DNA of 64,000 nucleotides from Gemmatimonadota bacterium (GTDB taxonomy: Bacteria > Gemmatimonadota > Gemmatimonadetes > Gemmatimonadales > GWC2-71-9): positions 8,128-72,127 of the forward strand of contig JBDHKN010000029.1 of NCBI GenBank assembly GCA_039586365.1, read 5' to 3'. The position numbers were made by a program, and so were the translations under genes. Positions within the stretch are counted from its first letter, which is position 1. The number at the start of each line of letters is the position of its first letter. The notes under the pieces were generated by a model. That model saw only the letters and a program-made list of their open reading frames with translations, had not been told where the DNA came from and ran no database searches. Of this stretch, positions 58,236 to 64,000 are shown piece after piece.

Positions 58236-59495
58236 ATGCGGACTCTCGTTATGGCCGCTGTTGCCATCGTTGCCCCGTTGGCTTCAGCCCTGTCACCACA
58301 ACCGTTGGTCGCGGCAAGTAGAGACCTCATCACGTCTGGAACACACCTCACGATTGCGAGTCAAGCTGTTGACACTGCCGCGCTTGCCGCCCTCATGGAT
58401 GCGCTGCTGAACGACGACGACCCCGGGGTCCGCCGCGCCGCAGCACGGGCGCTGGGTGAGCTGGAGGATGCTAGGGCGGTGCCAGCCTTGGGGGAGGCAC
58501 TGCAGCGCGACGCCGAGCAACAGGTGCGCCTGACGGCAGCCTGGGCGCTGGGCGAGATCGAGAGCCCGCGTGCTATCGAGTACCTCACGCCCGCCCTAAA
58601 CGATGACGACGTGCAGCTGCGTAGACGCGTCGTCTGGGCGCTGGGCGAGATCGATGATTCGAGAGCCGTTGAATCGTTGGCCCGTGCACTGGACGATCGA
58701 GATGTGGAGGTGCGGCGCGCCGCAATCCATGCACTCGGAGAAATCGAGAGCGCTAACGCCGTCGATCCTCTGCTTGAAGCGTTGCGCGATACCGACCCGC
58801 AAATCCGCGAGACGGCTGCCTGGGCCTTGGGGGAGATCGAGAACTCACGGGCAGTTGCCGGACTGGTGGATGCGCTGGAGGATAGCGATACGGACGTGCG
58901 CCTGATGGTCGTCTGGGCTCTGGGGTCAATCGAAAGTGGCAGCGCCGTGGCAGGTTTGGCGGCGGCGCTAAAGGACGAAGAGCCAACCGTAAGACGCAAG
59001 GCCGCCTGGGCCCTGGGTGAGATAGAGCACTCGAGTGCTGTCGAACCGTTGATGCAGGCGCTGCGTGACGAGAATGCTGCGGTTCGCGAGATGGCCGCTT
59101 GGGCGTTAGGAGAGATAGAGCATCCCCGTGCTGCCGATGCTCTGGCCGGTGCGCTAACCGACAGTGATCTGCGCGTGCGACGCAAGGCGATTTGGGCTCT
59201 TGGGGAGATCGATCTTCGCAGCGCGCCGCCCGCTCTAATCGAAGCATTGGCAGATGACGATCTCTTTGTCCGGCGCGCTGCGGCGTACGCAGTGGGCGAG
59301 ATTGCCGATCCTACTGCCGTCCCACGACTGGCCGCACTGCTCGGTGACGACGACTCCCAGATCAGGCGGATTGCAGTGAATGCGTTGGCTGAGATCCATG
59401 ACCCTGGCGCATACGAGGTGCTGGTTGCTGCGCTCAAAGACGAAGATCCGGTGGTGCGTCGGGCGGCGGCGCGGGCACTTGGGAGGCGTTACTGA
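58236..59495 (+). CDS. secreted HEAT-repeat protein (12 repeats of about 31 aa)
   Basis: signal peptide; repeated VRxxAAWALGEI. Confidence 0.92.
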   Translation: MRTLVMAAVAIVAPLASALSPQPLVAASRDLITSGTHLTIASQAVDTAALAALMDALLNDDDPGVRRAAARALGELEDARAVPALGEALQRDAEQQVRLTAAWALGEIESPRAIEYLTPALNDDDVQLRRRVVWALGEIDDSRAVESLARALDDRDVEVRRAAIHALGEIESANAVDPLLEALRDTDPQIRETAAWALGEIENSRAVAGLVDALEDSDTDVRLMVVWALGSIESGSAVAGLAAALKDEEPTVRRKAAWALGEIEHSSAVEPLMQALRDENAAVREMAAWALGEIEHPRAADALAGALTDSDLRVRRKAIWALGEIDLRSAPPALIEALADDDLFVRRAAAYAVGEIADPTAVPRLAALLGDDDSQIRRIAVNALAEIHDPGAYEVLVAALKDEDPVVRRAAARALGRRY

Positions 59496-59496
59496 C

Positions 59497-60162
59497 ATGC
59501 GAAGGGACCTGGTGTGGGTCACGCTGGCGGTCGCTGCCCCGGCCGCGCTTTCAGCGGTGCTGCTGGGGGGAGCGACCCCGCTCGGCGCTCAAACTGGGCG
59601 CGGCGGAGCCGACGCCGATTTCGCTGCGCGGGTGATCGAGCAAGCGCGCGGCACCAATGAGTTCATGTGTGAGTTGGCCCTGCGGTCGATCGATAACCGA
59701 TTCGGCGGCGGATACTGGATTCACGTCCCTGACGCCGCGATAGAACAGCGCGACCTCATCGAGTGGGTGACGGACCAGACTGAGAGTGCCGAAGCCGTAC
59801 CGGTCCTGAGTGATGCCCTATCCGACCGAGATCTTTGCGTGCGACGTGTAGCAGCGCGTCTGTTGGGTCATGTCAAACATCCCCGAGCATTAGAGGCTCT
59901 GCTGGATCGGTTACGGAGCGGCGACGCAGAGACGCGACAGATGGCTGCGATAGGATTGGGGCACCAGGACGACAGGAATGCGGTGGAAGCGTTACTGCGC
60001 GCACTGACAGATCGTGCCGCAACAGTTCGTGCCGCAGTGGCGTGGGCCCTGGGGGAGATCGAGGACCGCCGGGCGATTGCAGCGCTCACCCGCGCTCTGA
60101 AAGAGGATCCCGATCCGACAGTGCGACGCCAGGCGGCTCGGGCGTTGGGGGAGATCTACTAG
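59497..60162 (+). CDS. secreted HEAT-repeat protein
   Basis: signal peptide; 4 HEAT repeats; ATG 1 nt after the upstream stop. Confidence 0.88.
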   Translation: MRRDLVWVTLAVAAPAALSAVLLGGATPLGAQTGRGGADADFAARVIEQARGTNEFMCELALRSIDNRFGGGYWIHVPDAAIEQRDLIEWVTDQTESAEAVPVLSDALSDRDLCVRRVAARLLGHVKHPRALEALLDRLRSGDAETRQMAAIGLGHQDDRNAVEALLRALTDRAATVRAAVAWALGEIEDRRAIAALTRALKEDPDPTVRRQAARALGEIY

Positions 60163-60190
60163 GCCGCTACCCGACGCCACACTCCGGCAA

Positions 60191-60270
60191 GGGCGGTAAA
60201 AGGCGGTAAAGGGCGGTAAAGGGCGGTAAAGGGCGGTAAAAGGCGGTAAAGGGCGGTAAAAGGCGGTAAA
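60191..60270. repeat. decamer tandem repeat (RGGCGGTAAA)x8
   Basis: 8 near-perfect units read directly. Confidence 0.95.
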
Positions 60271-60338
60271 GGGTTGCAGCAGAGCGCGGCATCTAGCGTC
60301 CCCGGCTCTCCGCTCTCCGCTCTCCGCTCCCCGCTCCC

Positions 60339-60821
60339 CTATTCCCCCTCCTCTCGACGCCTGGCCAGTAGCCGTTCCATGAATTCCAAGCGCTCTTCCA
60401 GCTCGGCGATGCGATTGGTGTTCTGTTCGATGTCGGCGTACTGCTGTGCCTCACGATCCTCGGCTGCGAGAAGCTGTCTCTCGACCTGGTCTTGGATTGC
60501 TCTCGTGTCCGGGCCAGCGCCCAAGCGCTCTGCCCTGCGCGCCTTGAGCCAGAGAGGTACTGCTGACCCGACGATTAGCAGAGAGCCGATGATCACCGGT
60601 GGCGCTTCCCAGCCTACGCCGCTCGCAAACATCGCGGCGCCTAACAGTACGCGCCCCACAATAGAGTTCGTTACATCCAGTGTGGTGAGGGCAATCTTGC
60701 CACGATGCGGTCCGCGGGTGTGGTGTCTGCGCACATGCTTCTTGGGAAGCCCACACTGCGGACAGCCAGGAGCTTCGTCAGAGACGGCAGTGCCGCATTC
60801 AGGACATTCTATGAGTGCCAT
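60339..60821 (-). CDS. zinc-ribbon membrane protein with C-terminal coiled coil
   Basis: MALIECPECG...CPQCG; 2 TM; RIAELEERLEFMERLL. Confidence 0.8.
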   Translation of the reverse strand: MALIECPECGTAVSDEAPGCPQCGLPKKHVRRHHTRGPHRGKIALTTLDVTNSIVGRVLLGAAMFASGVGWEAPPVIIGSLLIVGSAVPLWLKARRAERLGAGPDTRAIQDQVERQLLAAEDREAQQYADIEQNTNRIAELEERLEFMERLLARRREEGE

Positions 60822-60887
60822 ACGCTACCGGGAATTCAGAGTGATCACGGAGACCGACGGTACCGCGTGACCTTACGGCACAATTAA

Positions 60888-62417
60888 TCATTCAGATTCA
60901 TCCCGAGTCCTGCTCCCCGCTCCCCGTTCGAGCCTTTCAAACTCCACCTCAGGATACGGCGGCGACGCTCCATCCAGCAGCGGAGCAGCCGCACCACTGA
61001 GATGTCGGTCAAAAAAAGCCAGTAGGTAGTCGTTGACTATCTGTTTCATCCTGGTCGGCGCGATCGAGCCTGCCATCCCCATGATTCTGGTGATTGGAAG
61101 CATCAGCGGCGCATCTTCGAAGTTCATGTGCGTGCTGCCGTTCAACGTCACCAGGTAGAGTGAACTCGCAAATCGATTCAGGATGTAGTCGTTAGCACCT
61201 GCGAACATCTCACTATACATGATCATGAACGGTTGTGTGATCTCGCCCTCGACGACATCGCCCCACTGAAAGCCGTCCAAGTTGACGCCAGCTTTGAATC
61301 TCTCGTCAACGAGGCAGACCTGCCCCGCTACTGCGCCACCCATTGAGTGGCCGATGATTCCCAGGCGGGATAGGTCCATCCTGCCGGCTAAGACACTCTC
61401 CACTTCGCCTTCGTTCATGCGCTCTAACTCATCCACCGCGAAGCTCATGTCTGCAACTCGGATATTAAGCACGTTGTCCATGAACGACTCGCTGTGCAGT
61501 ATCTCCTTTGCGATTTGGTTCCTTGCGTTCACGTCATCGCTCGTCCAGAACCTCTCCCACAACGGTAGGATGGCCTGCATGTGTTGCGCGAGGCCGGCGC
61601 GGTGTTCCTCGGTGAAAGGCACCACCGAACCGTCCGGCTGCACCACCGACTGCGACTCATACGGGTTGTTGAGACTGAAGATGATGTAGCCGTGACTCGC
61701 CAGCTCCTCGACCAACAGCTGATAATCGTCGAAGTCCGCAAGAAAACCATCCGAGAACATGAGAACCGGATACGATGTTTCGGCGTCAGATACTGGTGCT
61801 TCGAGATGGGAATTCGACTTGGACAGGCCGAGGTGACTGAACGCGAAGTCCGGAGGCCCGCCCGGAGAGATAGATCCGACCCGTGGTGAGTGCTCCTGGT
61901 ATGCCATCGGCTTGGCCCGCGCAGGCAGTTCGGCCGGATACCAGACTCTGGCTGTGAAACTGCGGATATCGCTGAGATCGTCTGTCAGTGTCTCGGGGCG
62001 TTCACTATCACTGAAGTGAACAAACGTCGTCCCGACCGCATGGAGACCCGTGGGCTGTGGGAGCCGTAAGACGGGAAACTGGATGAGGACCCAGGTAGCT
62101 ACTGCAAGCACCAGAAGACCGAGGACTGCAATTGCGCCGACGAGCAGCCGCCGCGTGCGCGAAGGAAACTCGGTGGGACCGACGGATGCCTGTCGTTTCA
62201 GCCGAAGCAGGCCGATGATGAGCAGTAGGAATGCCAGCGCATAGAGCGGTAGCATTTGCCAGCGATACCTCTCGAGCACCAAGTGTATGAATATGAAGAG
62301 GGTAGCAAGGCCTGGGAGATATGACCGGAAGCGCGGCAGTTTCGTGGCTGGTGCGAACAGATTGCCGACCAGGGTCAGGAAGACCGTCAAAACGATTAGG
62401 ATCTCGAACAATCTCAT
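60888..62417 (-). CDS. PAF-acetylhydrolase-like alpha/beta hydrolase, membrane anchored
   Basis: PTGLHAVGT, ELASHGY, GHSMGG, NLDG, HMNF. Confidence 0.88.
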   Translation of the reverse strand: MRLFEILIVLTVFLTLVGNLFAPATKLPRFRSYLPGLATLFIFIHLVLERYRWQMLPLYALAFLLLIIGLLRLKRQASVGPTEFPSRTRRLLVGAIAVLGLLVLAVATWVLIQFPVLRLPQPTGLHAVGTTFVHFSDSERPETLTDDLSDIRSFTARVWYPAELPARAKPMAYQEHSPRVGSISPGGPPDFAFSHLGLSKSNSHLEAPVSDAETSYPVLMFSDGFLADFDDYQLLVEELASHGYIIFSLNNPYESQSVVQPDGSVVPFTEEHRAGLAQHMQAILPLWERFWTSDDVNARNQIAKEILHSESFMDNVLNIRVADMSFAVDELERMNEGEVESVLAGRMDLSRLGIIGHSMGGAVAGQVCLVDERFKAGVNLDGFQWGDVVEGEITQPFMIMYSEMFAGANDYILNRFASSLYLVTLNGSTHMNFEDAPLMLPITRIMGMAGSIAPTRMKQIVNDYLLAFFDRHLSGAAAPLLDGASPPYPEVEFERLERGAGSRTRDESE

Positions 62418-62507
62418 TGGAGGGTGCCTGTATTGAAGCAGTCTACGCAGGGATCACTGAACTTGCTGTCCTGGGCGATGTATGAGTGAAGTGGTTGTGG
62501 GCCGAAT

Positions 62508-63443
62508 TCACGATGCAGCCAGCCAGAACAACAGCACGGTGAGGGCTGCGGCCGCCGCTACAACTGGCAACACCCATCTCCACCTCCTGCTCTGACGTGG
62601 CCGAGGACTGTCAACAGAGGCTGCCGTCAGCGCCTGTGCGAAATCCTGCGCTGTCTCGAATCGGTTTGCCGCTACCTTGGCTAGGGCCAGCGTTCGTTCG
62701 ATGGGTTGCGAGACGATCCCGCGCAGGCGCCGCGCTGGGGTAGCCGGATCGGTGAGCCGTTTTGCGATCACTGCATGCGGGGTTGAGGCTGCATGAGGGG
62801 GTTCTCCGGTCAGCATCTCGTAGAGCACGCAACCGAGGGCGTAAATATCACACCGGCCATCCAGTTTTCTGCTGCCGGTGGCCTGCTCGGGACTCATGTA
62901 TTCCGGTGTACCGACCGTTATGCCGGTGCCTGTGAGCCGCTCTCCTCCCGCTGTGGTGACGGCCAACGCCATGCCGAAATCGGCCACCATCGCCACACCT
63001 TCATGCAGCAAGATGTTCTCGGGCTTGATGTCTCGGTGGATTACCTGTTGGCGGTGAGCATACTCGAGGGCCGACGACACCTGCTCGGTGATCCGCAAGG
63101 CTTCGGCAACCGGCAGTTGGGTGTCACGGTCCATTCGTTCGCGCAGCGACTCCCCAGCCACGTACGGCATGACGTAGTAGAGGAGGCCTCCGATCTGGCC
63201 TGAATCCAGCAGCGGCACGATGTTGGGGTGATTGAATCGGGCCGTGATACCCATCTCGCGGAGGAAACGCTCTGCCCCCAGTACGGCGGAGAGTCCAGGT
63301 TTGAGAACCTTGACGGCTACCTGGCGGTCGTGCTTGAGGTCGTGGGCGCGATAGACGACAGCCATACCCCCACGCCCGATTTCGCCTGCAATGTTGTAGC
63401 GGTCGGAGAGGGCTTCCCGCAGTCGGTCTGATAGGTCGGCCAT
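62508..63443 (-). CDS. Ser/Thr protein kinase ending directly after its TM helix (possibly truncated)
   Basis: GRGGMA, HRDIKPEN, DFG, GTPEYMSPE; C-terminal TM then stop. Confidence 0.85.
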   Translation of the reverse strand: MADLSDRLREALSDRYNIAGEIGRGGMAVVYRAHDLKHDRQVAVKVLKPGLSAVLGAERFLREMGITARFNHPNIVPLLDSGQIGGLLYYVMPYVAGESLRERMDRDTQLPVAEALRITEQVSSALEYAHRQQVIHRDIKPENILLHEGVAMVADFGMALAVTTAGGERLTGTGITVGTPEYMSPEQATGSRKLDGRCDIYALGCVLYEMLTGEPPHAASTPHAVIAKRLTDPATPARRLRGIVSQPIERTLALAKVAANRFETAQDFAQALTAASVDSPRPRQSRRWRWVLPVVAAAAALTVLLFWLAAS

Positions 63444-63473
63444 GAAACCCGCTTTCCTGGACTATCTGTGGCT

Positions 63474-63502
63474 AAGGTACCGGCTGTAGGCGAGTTCGGC
63501 CA
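63474..63502 (-). promoter_or_regulatory. kinase-associated promoter-like motif TGGCCG-N17-TACCTT
   Basis: identical hexamers and spacing to 7322-7350. Confidence 0.6.
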
Positions 63503-63763
63503 GCTGAAGTTCAACTGGTCGCCGTGAGCCCGACGGTAGTGCGGATCGCGAGGCTGACATGCGGTGATCCTCACGACATTCGTGTAGCAACGGATGGCCA
63601 GCGTTTGACATTGACGTGCTGCCAGGTGACTTTCTCCCGCTCCAGAGCGCGGGGAGTGTCTTGCAGCATCAAACGGCCGCTGCCGGAACAGTCCGGTTTG
63701 TGGAGTTGTTGGATTGGTGTCTGAGGGACAACCTGTTTTGGACGGACGAAAGGAGAGTGATTC

Positions 63764-64000
63764 ATGAGTGGAAGGAGCGGCGGCGTGCTGCTGGTCTTGG
63801 CTGCGGTCGCGGCTGCCACCTGGTTCCTGTTCGCCCAGTGGGGGAACCCGGCATCACCCGCTCTGGGACCCACCGACGGTCACGATCTGCCACCCACCGA
63901 TCTCGAGCGGGTTGCCGTTGGCGACTTGGCTCCGGACTTCTCGCTGCGTGCGCTGTCGGGGGAGGTGCTGACACTGTCGGAACTCCGCGGTGATAAGAAC
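63764..64000 (+). CDS. redoxin/AhpC-TSA family protein (partial, runs off the window)
   Basis: manual translation MSGRSGGVLLVLAAVAAATWFLFAQW...VAVGDLAPDFSLRALSGEVLTLSELRGDKN; AGGAG RBS; absent from the ORF track because there is no stop. Confidence 0.8.
   Translation, partial: MSGRSGGVLLVLAAVAAATWFLFAQWGNPASPALGPTDGHDLPPTDLERVAVGDLAPDFSLRALSGEVLTLSELRGDKN

Noticed and set aside
58361..59437. Long antisense ORFs (also 516-1196, 33673-34644, 43677-44603, 53209-54357)
   Set aside because: Shadow frames of well-supported genes in GC-rich DNA, with no protein motifs.
63616..63670. Long hairpin upstream of the redoxin gene as a riboswitch or ncRNA
   Set aside because: GC-rich pairing without any recognisable family motif; needs an Rfam search.
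63764..64000. Selenoprotein redoxin
   Set aside because: The active-site codon lies beyond the window end and cannot be assessed.

Overview
This is a GC-rich bacterial window. Gemmatimonadota is the likely source, inferred from the expanded 'LxxALADRY' Ser/Thr kinases and the ADOP permeases with PadR. It falls into two parts. (1) About 1-20.4 kb is a decayed accretion island. It carries four same-orientation copies of an unannotated att-like module: an 11-bp tandem 'arm' repeat, 10-bp-phased GG(G/T)AC repeats and, in two copies, the anticodon loop plus part of the 3' half of tRNA-Trp. It also has two further arm-like repeat families, a duplicated tRNA-Trp 3' end, a frameshifted tyrosine recombinase, IS6 and IS110 remnants, an orphan attC-like hairpin, genes gutted by internal deletions and several orphan gene 3' ends. 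Cargo between these elements includes a YtrA-ABC operon, ADOP permeases, a tannase, an ankyrin-tetraheme cytochrome c fusion and a kinase. Two att modules directly abut a Ser/Thr-kinase 5' end, and all four kinase starts in the window share one promoter-like motif (TGGCCG-N17-TA[C/G]CTT, with a variant -35 in one). (2) About 20.4-64 kb is mostly intact chromosome. It is rich in predicted exported peptidases (Tat-TldD/PmbA, M14, tricorn S41, M20, D-aminoacylase, S46). It also holds an orphan redox operon whose two CuA-like sites both have Glu at the axial-Met position, a methyltransferase-PAP2-Lgt triple fusion, HEAT-repeat proteins and intergenic heptamer/decamer tandem repeats. I saw no intact tRNA, rRNA or CRISPR array. 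All family calls come from motif recognition by eye; no database search was run.
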